From the NCBI RefSeq assembly GCF_004010195.1, contig NC_057750.1, forward strand, positions 4,816,745 to 4,880,744: DNA of 64,000 nucleotides, read 5' to 3'. Positions 53,123 through 64,000 of this stretch are shown piece after piece. The notes under the pieces are model-generated. The model ran no database searches. It was not told the DNA's origin and saw only the letters and a list, made by a program, of their open reading frames with translations. The DNA comes from Chiloscyllium plagiosum. Lineage: Eukaryota. A program made the position numbers and the translations under genes. Numbering within the stretch: position 1 is the stretch's first letter; each line of letters starts with the position of its first letter.

Positions 53123-54654
53123 TCGGAGGTGGTTTTTATCGTAGTGAGGCATAAATTACCCGTGATAACGCGGTAACTCCACTCCTTCTTTGCAATGCGA
53201 TTCAATCTTTTACGTCCACTTGTGAGGTGAATGTGTTGGGGATCTTGATTGGTCTTTAATGATCCGCTAGTATCCACAGAAAGAGGATTTCAGATATTTA
53301 GTGTAGCTTGCAGCATTTCTCCCTCTTTAATTGGCTGTATAGTTGATGGCCATGCCCAAAACTCTGGGATTTATATAATTCCAAACTTCTTTCCCTCTGC
53401 AGAGAGATCTAAAATCTCTCGCCTTGATCAACCATTGGATAATTGCTATAGTGTGCATTGGCTTGGGTCGAATTTCAAACCACAATGATTACAGTTCAAA
53501 AGGAAGTCATTCAGCCTATCAAATCTGGTCTTCTCCCCACAAGCCTGCACTTTCTACCATTTCCAATAACAGTCTAGATCCCTTTGGATTACCTCAGTGG
53601 AATCTGCCTCCACCACCCGCGCAGCCAGTGCATTCCAGAACCTCACCATATGATGCCTAGAAAAGCATTTTCTAATATTCCTTTCTTTTGCCAAATACTT
53701 TAAATCTGTGCCCCCTCTTGTTCTCAATCCTTCTGCAAATAGGCACAGTTTCTCCCCATCTCCAGAGACCAATAAAGGTTTACAGAACAGAAAAAGGCTC
53801 AGCCCATCAAGTCTGCACCTATCAAAAATAAAATCACCTCACTGTTCTGCCTCTAACCCTCCCCTTACAGACAGTGTGTTCAAGATACCACCACCCTCTT
53901 GGTGAAATTAGTTTTTCCTCAGATCTCCTCTCAATCTTCTGCCCCTTCCCTTAAGTCAATGCTCCCGGGTCATTGATCTCTCCACCAAAGTTCCTCCTGA
54001 CTACCCTTTCATAATTCGACACATTAATCATGTCTCCTCTCAATCTCCACTGTTCCAATCAATTGAATCTCTTCTTAACTGAAATAATCCATCGTAGGCC
54101 ACACCCATTTGCGAGTACTGAGATCTGAAACAATACAGAATTGCTAGAGAAATCTAGCAGATCTGGCAGCATTGGTGTAGAGAGAAACAGAGTTAACATA
54201 CAGAGTCCAAGTGATCCTACTTCTGGTAAAACCCTGTTTCTGGTAAATGGCAGTGACGTAGTTCCTGAACCTAGGTCTTGACCACTCTTTCCACTTGTTT
54301 CTTTTCTATTTTTCCTCTCCTTTTTCTTGTTAATTTTACCTCTTTTACTTTATTTTCCTCTCATTGAAGAGCTCTGTTGCAGCAGCAGGTAAGCCCAGTG
54401 TGAACTCGAGGGCTGGGCATCTTGGCAATCTCTGTATCACCGAGACAGTCCTACCACCGACTCATGACGGTTGTGACAGAGGAAAGTTTGGGTTCCTGTC
54501 CAATGCATGCTCATGGACACAGTGGCGGAGGGGTGTTTGGGCCCAGTACGGGACCCATCGACAGCGGCTTCATCGGCGAGGTAGGCCTGAAGTGGAGTGA
54601 ACTTTGGGCCGGTGCAGTTCCTGGCAGCATCAGTGGCATCTGCATCAGAGAATT

Positions 54655-54845
54655 CCAATAGTGTGGAGCAGGCCATTCAGCCCAACAAGTCCACAATGAC
54701 CCTCTGAAGAGCATCCCACCCAGACTCACCCCTGCACCCTATCCCTGTAACCGTGCACATCTTTGGACTGTGGGAGGAAACTGGAGCGCTCAGAGGAAGC
54801 CCACGCAGACATGGGGAGAAGGTGCAAACTCCATGCAGACTGTAG
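54655..54845 (-). mobile_element. HE1-type SINE fragment
   Basis: Reverse complement of V-domain and tail. Confidence 0.75.
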
Positions 54846-54849
54846 CCCC

Positions 54850-54945
54850 AGTCCTGATGAAGGGTCCTGCCCGAAACATCGACTCCTCCTGTTCTTCTGA
54901 TGCTGCCTGAGCCCCAGTGCTTTTTCCAGCTCCACATTTTACTGA
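54850..54945 (+). mobile_element. Penelope-derived terminal fragment (family B) with hammerhead motif at 54850-54884
   Basis: AGUC CUGAUGA a GGGU ccu GCCC GAAA C AUC GACU; helix I AGUC/GACU pairs. Confidence 0.7.
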
Positions 54946-55249
54946 CTCTGACTTTCCCTCAGTCTCCAAGTGATGTCACATCCCTCCCATACAGTAGTTT
55001 CTAATAACTCCTACCTGTGGACTTGAGTCTCCTAGCTCAGAGGTAGGGACACTACCACTGCACCACAGGAGATCCTGCACCCATAACAGGTTTAGATGTT
55101 TCTTGTCCACGAATTCAAAGATAAATGTTCCAGACCTCTGGTGCAGAAGGGGCCTTTTTCCCCATTGACTCTGTACAGCTCATTAAAAAAACTTCGGCCG
55201 ACTTTAATTCATTCCAATGTGATCCTTTTAATGCTTAAGGGAAGCAGTA

Positions 55250-55650
55250 CACACAGGACGCCCCGCCTATCCCTTGCTGTGATTGGTCTGTCTGCTCGCA
55301 CAGGCGTGGATCCGATTGGTTCCGGGTCCTGTCAATCATTATGCGTCATTCGTCTGCTCCCCGAGGCGGCGCCATCTTGTTTCCTCGAACTACCGCCCCG
55401 CGGGTTAATTCGCTTCGGGCGCTTTAAAGAAACATCCAGGATCGCGGCTTTTATTAACTTTAAACTGTTGGATAGCGGTTTTCGTTTACTCGGTACGCCC
55501 CCACCCACTCCGCTTCGCTTCGCTCCGCTCTCGTCCCGCGGTGAAATTATGTCCCCTCTCGCGACGTTTCCGGTCCACACCCCACCCGCTCCCGAAGGCC
55601 TTCCGGGTAGCGCATGAGGCCGAAGAGCAAGGTTCCTACCTAGAGTACAG
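55250..55650 (+). promoter_or_regulatory. CpG-island promoter and probable non-coding first exon (to about 55492) of an unidentified gene divergent from SIRT2
   Basis: ATTGG at 55282 and 55315 (33-bp spacing), TGCGTCA CRE-like 55342, YY1 GCCATCTT near 55371, donor-like TCG|GTACGC at 55493. Confidence 0.65.
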
Positions 55651-55880
55651 CCTGAGGTTCTCTCTTGGTATGGGTTGGCTGGCATATTTCAACAGGTCAA
55701 TAACATACCGGATAATGAAGTAGAGGATTAAGTAAACAATCAGCGAGATGGCGATCATTGCTGCTGCCCCTTGAAAATAGAAGCAGAACAATGGCAATCC
55801 TTACATTTGTCAGAATTGGTGGCCTAATTTGCTTCCCAAATCCTCTTGAAGTCATGGTTGAGCTAAGCCTTGAGAAGGTT

Positions 55881-55965
55881 GACCTGATGAAGGAGCTGCG
55901 CTCCTAAAGCTAGTGCTTCCACATAAACCTGTTGGACTATAACCTGGTGTTGTGTGATTTTTAAC
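55881..55965 (+). mobile_element. Penelope-derived terminal fragment (family A); hammerhead with GAAA changed to TAAA
   Basis: ctgatgaaggagctgcgctcctaaagctagtgcttcc...ataacctggtgttgtgtgattt. Confidence 0.7.
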
Positions 55966-56349
55966 CTTGAGGAGATTACGCTTCAGTGACTGAGTTGGGC
56001 CCCATATTTTGAGAAGCATATATTAGCTTTGGAGGGAGTGTGTTGCAGGTTGACCACATTGATCCCTGGATTCCCAACAGGAATACTGTCCAGTTTTGGT
56101 CGCCCTGTTATAGAAACATAGAAGATAGGAGCAGGATGAGGCCATTCAGCCCTTCAAGTCTGCTCCTCCATACATCATAATCATGGCTAATGGTCCAAAC
56201 TCACAGCCTAATCCTGCTTTCTCCCCATAACCTTTGATCCCATTTGCCCCCACGTGCTACATCTAACCACTTGAATGCATTCAATGTTTTGGCATCAATT
56301 TACATCCCATGGTAATGAATTCCATGGCTCACCACTCTTTGGTGAAGAA

Positions 56350-56840
56350 ATGCAAAGGATATTATTAAAGCTGGAGAGGGTTCAGAAGAGATTTACCAGG
56401 TTGTTGCCAGGTATGAAAGGTTTGAGTTATAAAGAAAGGCTGAGACTTTTTTTTTACTGGAGTGTAGAAGGTTGAGAGGTAACCTTGTAGAGGTTTATAA
56501 GATAATGAAGGGTCTAGATAGAGTTAGTGGCAGTTGTCTTTTCCCTAGGATGGAGGCTTTCAAGACCAGGAGGCACATTTTTAAGGGGAGAGGACAGAGA
56601 TTTTAAAAAGGCATGGGGCACAAAGGGTGGTTCACGTGTGGAATAAATTTCCCGAGAAAGTGGTGGATGCAGGTGCAAATACAATGTTTAAAAGACATAT
56701 GAATAGATTCAGGAATCAATAAGGTTTGGAGGGATATGGGCCAGGATCAGACAGATGGGACTAGTTCAGTTTGGGATTATGTTCAGTGTGGATTTGTTGG
56801 ATTGAAGAATCTGTTTTCATGCTGTATGATTCTATGACTG
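56350..56840 (+). mobile_element. CR1 LINE 3' fragment
   Basis: LKLERVQKRFTRLLPG. Confidence 0.8.
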
Positions 56841-57327
56841 TGTGAGTTTTTATCTTCTGGAAATGCCATTGTTGTGTCCCCCTATTAAATGCCCTCTGGA
56901 AATCTACAGTGCATTCACCAATCCCCCATTATCAACAGCATGTGTTACCTCATCAAAGAAGTCCCCACAGATTGAACAAGGATGATTTCCTTTTCACCAC
57001 ACCATGTTGGTTCTGCCTAATTACTCTTAACCTATCTAAGTGCCCTGTTATAATATAGAGATATAGAGACATAGAGTCATAAACATGTATAGCACAGAAA
57101 CAGACCCTTCAGTCCAACCCGTCCATGCAGACCAAATATCTTTACTAATACCTTCTAAGATTTTCTGTATGGCAGCTATTAAATGGCCTGTAGCTTCCAG
57201 CTTTCTGTCTTCCTATCTTATTGAATAAAGAATCACATTGGTTGTTTTCCAAGCAGGTATTATGAGGTTAAAAACAAACGTGGCTTAAAAGAATATAAGT
57301 TTGGCAAGCACCAGTGGTTAAATTTGT

Positions 57328-57596
57328 AGGTGGCACAGTGGTTAGCACTGCTGCATCACAGCGCCTGAGACCCGGGTTCAATTCCCACCTCAGGCGACTG
57401 ACTGTGTGGAGTTTGCACGTTCTCCCCGTGTCTGCGTGGGTTTCCTTCGGGTGCTCCGATTTCCTCCCACCGTTCAGAGATGTGCATGTCAGGTGAATTG
57501 GCCATACTAAATTGCCCGTAGTGTTAGGTAAGGGGTAAATGTAGGAGTATGGGTGGGTTGCACTTCAGCGTGTCGGTGTAATGTAATCTAATCTAA
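57328..57596 (+). mobile_element. HE1-type SINE
   Basis: Head, V-domain, taatctaatcta tail. Confidence 0.88.
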
Positions 57597-59174
57597 TAAA
57601 AAAAAATAGAGTCCGATACGGCTCTTTAGAACTCAGGTGGATCTCCCCACAGATGCTGCCAGACCTACTGAGTTTCTCCAGAACTTTCTGCTTCTATTTC
57701 AGACCTCTAACACCGACAGTTCTTTACTTTAAAATTAAGGTACTCTGATAAATGAGGTTAAGGCAGATAAATTAAGTCAGGTCACAGATGAGATCTCGAA
57801 TTAACAGAACAGGCTGAAAGGGCTGAATGAAAACTGTGAAAACCCCTGCCGACTTCTCATGAAGTTTACTCTGTTTGTTTATCGATGTTGGTTTGGAGCT
57901 TGGGGTGGGGAGCTAAAGATGACTTTTGGACTGGGGCTAACAGTTTGTGTTCAAAGCAAAACAGATCAACCAAACTTGATTTATGAGGCCAGACCTGGGA
58001 AGTTAATTGCAGGCTGGCTCCTGATCAAAAGATTCTGCAGATGCTTCATCACCAGGAAACAGCCTTACGTTTAAACAGCAGAAGTGTAAAGTTATTAACA
58101 AGGTCAGTATTTGGGAATGGGTTCCAGCAGGTCTGGAAGGATCCTTCTGTTCAAGCAGATGGCAGATTTTGAATGATAACTGAAATGTCATGGAAGAGAT
58201 CATCAATCTTCATGGAATGTTCAGACTTTAAACTAGGTTTTCTATGGAGAAAAAGAAGAGTATCTGGCTAATGATGCTCTAGCAGGAAGATTTAAAAGCT
58301 CCCTGCCATCAGCAACTCTTGGAAGCTCAGAGAATAAGAATAGAAAATTGAGTGACAAATATTAGTGGTTTTACCTGAGTGAACTGTAAAAGTGACCCTG
58401 ATCAACCAAAAAAAAAATCAACCAAGAAACCATTACCAATACTTATGCATCATAAAAAACCGTTAAGTTGTCAGTTTTAATTATCCTTTAAATGTGTTGG
58501 TCTGTCTTTTATGTGAACGGGGTTGAAAAAAGGTTTTAGGTTAGCATAGACAGTCCAAAGATGTGCAGGTTAGGGTGGATTGGCAATGCTAAATTGCCCA
58601 TAGTGTTCAGGGATGTGCAGATTAGGTGGGTTAGCCATGGGAAATGTACGATTACAGAGATAGGCTTGGCATCTGGCTCTGGGTGGGATGCTCTTTGGAG
58701 GTTCAGTGTAAACTAGATGGGCCAAAGGCCTGCTTCCACACTGTAGGGATTCTATATAAACAAGATTACTTTGTTGTCTAGCTTTGTTCTGCCGAAGTTA
58801 CTGTATTGTTAAAAAATTACTAACGCTTTTGTTAAGCGACAAGCCAGTGTTGAGTTTCACAATTTATTCAAAAAGTTGAGTTCCTGGACCATGGGGGTCA
58901 ATTTTGAGGGTCGTTGAGGTTTTAATTTTACCGTGTTGTGCATACAGAAGTAGAAAGGCTGGTTTGGTTTGGCCATTTGCCTCTGTGTCGCAATACCACC
59001 TCCAGCTCACCTGTGCCTGACTCATGAAAGAGTAGATTGCAAAGATTACAGTAACAAAGGTGCTAGTTTTCTCATGTATAGCTGACTAACCTGCTCTCTT
59101 GCATTCTCCACGGCTAGCTGAAACCAACCTTTTGGAAAACCTGTTTGAATACTGTAATCCCAGCTGTGATTTGG

Positions 59175-59305
59175 TAAAGAGACAATAAAACTACAGATGC
59201 TGGAATCCAAACTGGACGGTCAGGAGGCTGGAAGAACACAGCAAGCCATTTGTGAAGGGTTACACCCAAAATGTCGACTTCTCCATCTCCTGATGTTGCC
59301 TGGCT
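59175..59305. mobile_element. Degraded palindromic Penelope-derived element
   Basis: 13-bp TSD agctgtgatttgg at 59162-59174 and 59306-59318; family B-like tail in both orientations. Confidence 0.55.
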
Positions 59306-59709
59306 AGCTGTGATTTGGAAAAGGCCATTTTACCCTGGACATTACACCCTAAATAGGAAAGAGGAGGACTGGACAGACTAGATGCAGGGAGGTTTCCCCT
59401 GGTTGGGGGAGTCTACAGGGACCCAATCTTAAGATACGGGATTGATCATTTAGGACTGAAATAAGGAAAGATTTCTTCACTCAGAGGGTGGTCAACCTGT
59501 GGCATTCCCAACCACAGGAAGGACAAGACGTTGAGTATATTCAAGAAAGAGATTGTTACAGATATTAAAGACACCAAAGACTTTGGAAGATGGGGGAATG
59601 TTTAGTTTGTGTTGTCCAAGTGTCAGCTGTAACTCAGTCGGGAGCACTCTCATCTCTGATTTGTAAAATTCTGCATTCAAATCTCACTCCAGGCTATGAG
59701 AGCAGGCTA

Positions 59710-60200
59710 GTGAGGACTGCAGAGGCTGGCGCTGGAAAAGCACATAGGTCAGGCAGCATCTGAGGAGCAGAAGGGTCAACATTTTAGGCATAAGCCCTTC
59801 ATTAGGCAGCACAGTGGCTCAGTGGTTAGCAGTGCTGCCTCACAGCACCAAGGACCCAGGTTCGATTCCAGTCTCAGGTGACTGTCCGTGTGGAGTTTGC
59901 ATGTTCTCCCCGTGTTTATTTGGGTTTCGTCCCACAATCCAAAAATGTGCAGATTAGGTGGCCTAAATTGCCCATAGTGTCAGAGGCGAATATAGGATAG
60001 GGGAATGGGTCTGGGTGGATCACTCTCCAGAGGGTTGGTGTGGACTTGTTGGGCCAAAGGGCCTGTTTCCATGCTGTAGGGAATCCATTCTAATCAGGAA
60101 TGAGGCTTGTGGGCCGGAGGCTGAGAGATAAGTGCCCCTGGCCTACAGGCCTCGTTCCTGATGAAGGGCTTAATGCCCGAAATATGGATTCTCCTGCTCG
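59710..60200. mobile_element. Palindromic family B element interrupted by an HE1 SINE (59804-60093)
   Basis: Minus-strand arm 59710-59803 resumes at about 60092; plus-strand core CTGATGA...GAAA at 60158-60182. Confidence 0.65.
59804..60093 (+). mobile_element. HE1-type SINE
   Basis: Head, V-domain, tail. Confidence 0.85.
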
Positions 60201-60244
60201 ATGAGAGCTGGCTCTAAGGCTGTGAGTGCTGCATTGGTGGAGGT

Positions 60245-60510
60245 CATAGAGATGTACAGCACGGAAACATCACATCCTCTGGCAGCTCATTCCACACACG
60301 TACCATCCTCTGCATAAAAAAGTTGCCCCTTAGGTCTCTTTTATATCTTTCCCCTCTCACCCTAAACCTATGCCCTCTAGTTCTGGACTCCCTGACCCCA
60401 GTGAAAAGACTTTGTCTATTTATCCTATCCTTGCCCCTTATAATTTTGTAAACCTCGATAAGGTCACCCCTCAGCCTCCAACTCTCCAGGGAAAACAGCC
60501 CCAGCCTGTT
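60245..60510 (-). mobile_element. CR1 LINE 3' fragment
   Basis: [11 protein letters not shown]...TRGHRF...VWNELP. Confidence 0.85.
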
Positions 60511-61469
60511 CAAACTCTTCCTGGTCAGGTTGGACCGAAGGGCCTGTTTCCATGCTGTACATTTCTATGACTCTATGTGCAGGTCAGGGTGGATTGGCTA
60601 CACTGAACTGCCCTATTGTGTTCACGAATGGGCATGCTAGGTATCTTAGCCACGCCCATAGTGTCCAGGGATCTGCAGGTTAAGTGCGTTAGCCATGGGG
60701 AAACGCAGGGTTACAGTGACAGGGTGGGATACTCCCTGGAGGGTCAGTGTGGACCTGATGGGCTGAATGGCCTGCTTCCATGCTGTAGGGATTCTATTCT
60801 ATCTTCACAATGGAGCAGCTCAGAGAAGTTGGGCCTGACTCAATGCTGTAATTTTGACATAATACACAAATACTTTACACAGTCAACCTCAATATAAATT
60901 CTAATGGAAATAGAAAACAGGACATTGAAACAGAAAGTGAATTTTACTCGATATTCTGGTGCAATTACTTCCTACCCTCCGATTTTACTTGATTTTAAGG
61001 AAATATTGAGTTTGGTTTTTGTCTGTATCCAATTTATTTGGGGTAAATATCAAAAGCTCTCTTTGACATTGTGATCCATCATTTATTTCTGTCACTCTAT
61101 AAAGCATCCAGAGATGTTGGAGGGAACCGATGCTGTAAATTCTGCAAAGTTGTGCCATCGCTCAGGGTCTGTGAGGAATATAGGACTCACGGGAATTGTT
61201 TGGATCAAATCATCCCCTGAGGAACGACCCAGGGTAAACCTGCTGGGATATGGGCCGGGTGCTGGCAGGTGGGACTAGATTGGGTTGGGATATCTGGTCA
61301 GCATGGACAGGTTGGACCGAATGGTCTGTTTCTGTGCTGTACATCTCTATGATTCTAACTTCCCAAAGTGGGAAACAGTCACCCAATGAGTATTTGCGAG
61401 ACTGGAGGCATCTGAAGTGACTGATGCCCATAGTTAAAATGGTTAGGAAATAACAGACAACTGAAGGAA

Positions 61470-62171
61470 GGAACCCTTGGAGTGCAGGTTCATAGTTCCT
61501 TGAAAGTGGAGTCGCAGGTAGATAGGATAGTGAAGAATGCTTTCCTTTATTGGTCAGAGTATTGAGTACAGGAGTTGGGAGTACAGGAGTACATCTTGCG
61601 GCTGTACAGGGCATTGGTTAGGCAACTGTTGGAATATTGCGTGCAATTCTGGTCTCCTTCCTATTGAAAGGATGTTGCGAAACTTGAAAGGGTTCAGAAA
61701 AGATTTACAAGAATGTTTCGAGGGTTGGAGGATTTGAGCTATATGGAGAGGCTGAATAGTCTAGGGCTGTTTTCCCTGGAGCATCGGAGGCTGAGGGGTG
61801 ACCTTATAGAGGTTTATACAATCATGAAGGATATTGATAAGGTGAATAGACAAAATCTCTTCCCTGGAGTCAGGGAGTCCAGAACTAGAGGGCATAGGTT
61901 TAGGGTGAGAGGGGAAAGATATAAAAGAGACCTAAGGGACAACTTTTTCACGCAGAGAGTGGTACGGGTATGGAATGAGCTGCCAGAGGAAGTGATGGAG
62001 GCTGGTACAATTACAACATTTAAAAGGCATCTGGATGGGTATATGAATAGGAAGGGTTTGGAGGGATAAGGGCCGGGTGCTGCCAGGTGGGACTAGATTG
62101 GGTTGGGATATCTGGTCAGCATGGACGGGTTCGACCGAAGGATCTGTTTCCATGCTGTACGTCTCTATGAC
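61470..62171 (+). mobile_element. CR1 LINE 3' fragment
   Basis: [11 protein letters not shown]...FFTQRVVRVWNELP. Confidence 0.9.
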
Positions 62172-62627
62172 TTGCATTTTTATAGTGCCTTTTAGGACTA
62201 ACAGACATTTCAAGTCACCATTGTCATAGATCAAATGCAGCAGGCAATTGTTACAGAGACAGGCCCTTTGGCCCAAATTGGTCCATGCCAATCTTGTTAC
62301 ATAGCAAGACTCCAGAAAATACAGGATGATCCTGACCAGATCATCTGATTTTGACAATGTTGGTCAAAATGATTAATGTTGGCTCAAAGCAGGGAGAGGT
62401 CCATAGGATCTTTTCCGCTTGCCCCAAACAGGCAGGTACAAGGCCGATATGCTTAACATCTCATCACGCAGAGGGTGGTGCGTGTGTGAAATGAGCTGCC
62501 AGAGGAAGTGGTGGAGGCTGGTACAATTGCAACATTTAAAAGGCATCTGGATGGGTATATGAATAGGAAGGGTTTGGAGGGATGTGGGCCAGGTGCTGGC
62601 AGGTGGGACTAGATTGGATTGGGATAT

Positions 62628-62770
62628 CTCTTTGGACTGTGGGAGGAAACTGGAGCTCCTGGAGGAAACCCACACAGACACGGCGAGAATGTGCAAACTC
62701 AAACACAGACAGTCACCCGAGGCTGGAATCGAACCCGGGTCCCTGACGCTGGGAGGCAGCAGTGCTGACT
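62628..62770 (-). mobile_element. HE1-type SINE 5' half
   Basis: Reverse complement of head and V-domain. Confidence 0.75.
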
Positions 62771-63149
62771 AGGGATAGGGAGAAACTATCCCTGTCGGTA
62801 AAAGGATTGAGAGTGAGAGGGCGGAGTTGTAATTCAAAGAATTCAAAAGAAATTCAAATCTTTTCTCGCATTGAATCACCCATGTCTGAGATGCCTGTAA
62901 CTGTGGTGGAGCCTGGCTGACTTGGGGATTTCAAAGAGGGCATTTGATGTACAGGGTTACAGCAGGAAGGCAGGAGAGTGGAACTAAGTGAATTGCTTAT
63001 TCAGAGGGTCAGTACAGACACGATGGACTGAGTAGCCTCCTTCTGGTGTGTAAACTTCATAAGATCCTACTCCCAGCCCTCTTGATTTCCCCATCTCCTT
63101 CTATTCCTTCCTTGTGCTGACTATCCAGTTTCCCCTTACTGTATCACCG

Positions 63150-63680
63150 AGTCATACAGCGTGGAAACAGACCCTTTGGTCCAACCCGTCCATGCTGAGA
63201 ATATACAAACTCCACTCACGGCCACCCACGACCTGTACTTTGGTCTAACGTGTCCACTCCGACCAGATATTCAACATCAATCTAGTCCCATTTGGCCCAT
63301 ATCCCTCCAAACCCTTCCTATTCATATACCCATCCAGATGCCTTTTAAATGTTGTAATTGTACCAGCCTCCACCACTTCCTCTGGCGGCTCATTCCATTC
63401 ACGCACCACCCACTGCTTGAAAAATTGCCCCTCAAGTCCCTTTTAAATCTTTCTCCTCTCACTTTAAACCTATGCCCTCAAGTTCTGGACTCCCCCAATC
63501 CAGGGAAAACACCTTGGCTATTTACCCTATCCATACCCCACATGATTTTATAAACCTCTGGAAGGCCACCCCTTAGCCGCCGAAAATCCAGGGAAAATAG
63601 CCCCAGACTATTCAGCCTCTCCCTATAGTTCAATCCCATCAACATCCTTGTATATATTTTCTGTACCCTTTCTATCCATT
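63150..63680 (-). mobile_element. CR1 LINE 3' fragment
   Basis: Reverse complement of the family tail and ORF end. Confidence 0.8.
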
Positions 63681-64000
63681 TCCATTTCCCTAAACCACTC
63701 CCTGTGCTAGTCAGTTCTACATTGTTCCCACTCTCGAGATAAGTAAGTAAATTTATGGGGAGGTGATGGCCTAGTGGTATTATTCCTGGACTGTTTATCC
63801 AGATAATGTTCTAGGGAACTCATATTTGAATGCCGTCATGGCAGAATTTGAATTCAATCGAATTATGAAATTACGTGTCAAACAAATAACCATGGATCAA
63901 TTGTCAGGGATAAATCCATCTGGGTCACGCTAGACAATAGACAATAGGTGCAGGAGAAGGCCATTTGGCCCTTCAAGCCAGCATCACCATTCATTATGAT

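Overview
Repeat-rich vertebrate genomic DNA, almost certainly from a shark. This is inferred from HE1/V-type SINEs, HER1/CR1 LINEs, and Deu- and Meta-like SINEs. Two protein-coding genes were read by hand. (1) SIRT2 lies on the minus strand: coding exons 1-13 (51359 down to 22209, 846 nt, 282 aa) have canonical GT-AG sites and match the human exon phases, but the last three coding exons were not found past a 500-N gap at 21246-21745. (2) An intron-containing histone H3.3 gene also lies on the minus strand; its first coding exon (2612-2739) is missed by the ORF track and ends at a non-canonical GC donor. Three CpG-island promoters are present: 6.8-8.1 kb (probably bidirectional, H3.3 plus an unidentified plus-strand transcript), 51.1-51.5 kb (SIRT2) and 55.25-55.65 kb (unidentified plus-strand gene). 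The most unusual signal is a dense set of Penelope-like retroelement ends carrying minimal hammerhead-ribozyme cores (CUGANGA...GAAA..UH) from about four sequence families. Many are short fold-back palindromes bounded by target-site duplications, some with a ribozyme motif on each strand, and one copy is still attached to a GIY-YIG endonuclease remnant. All calls were made by eye; no searches or folding were run.
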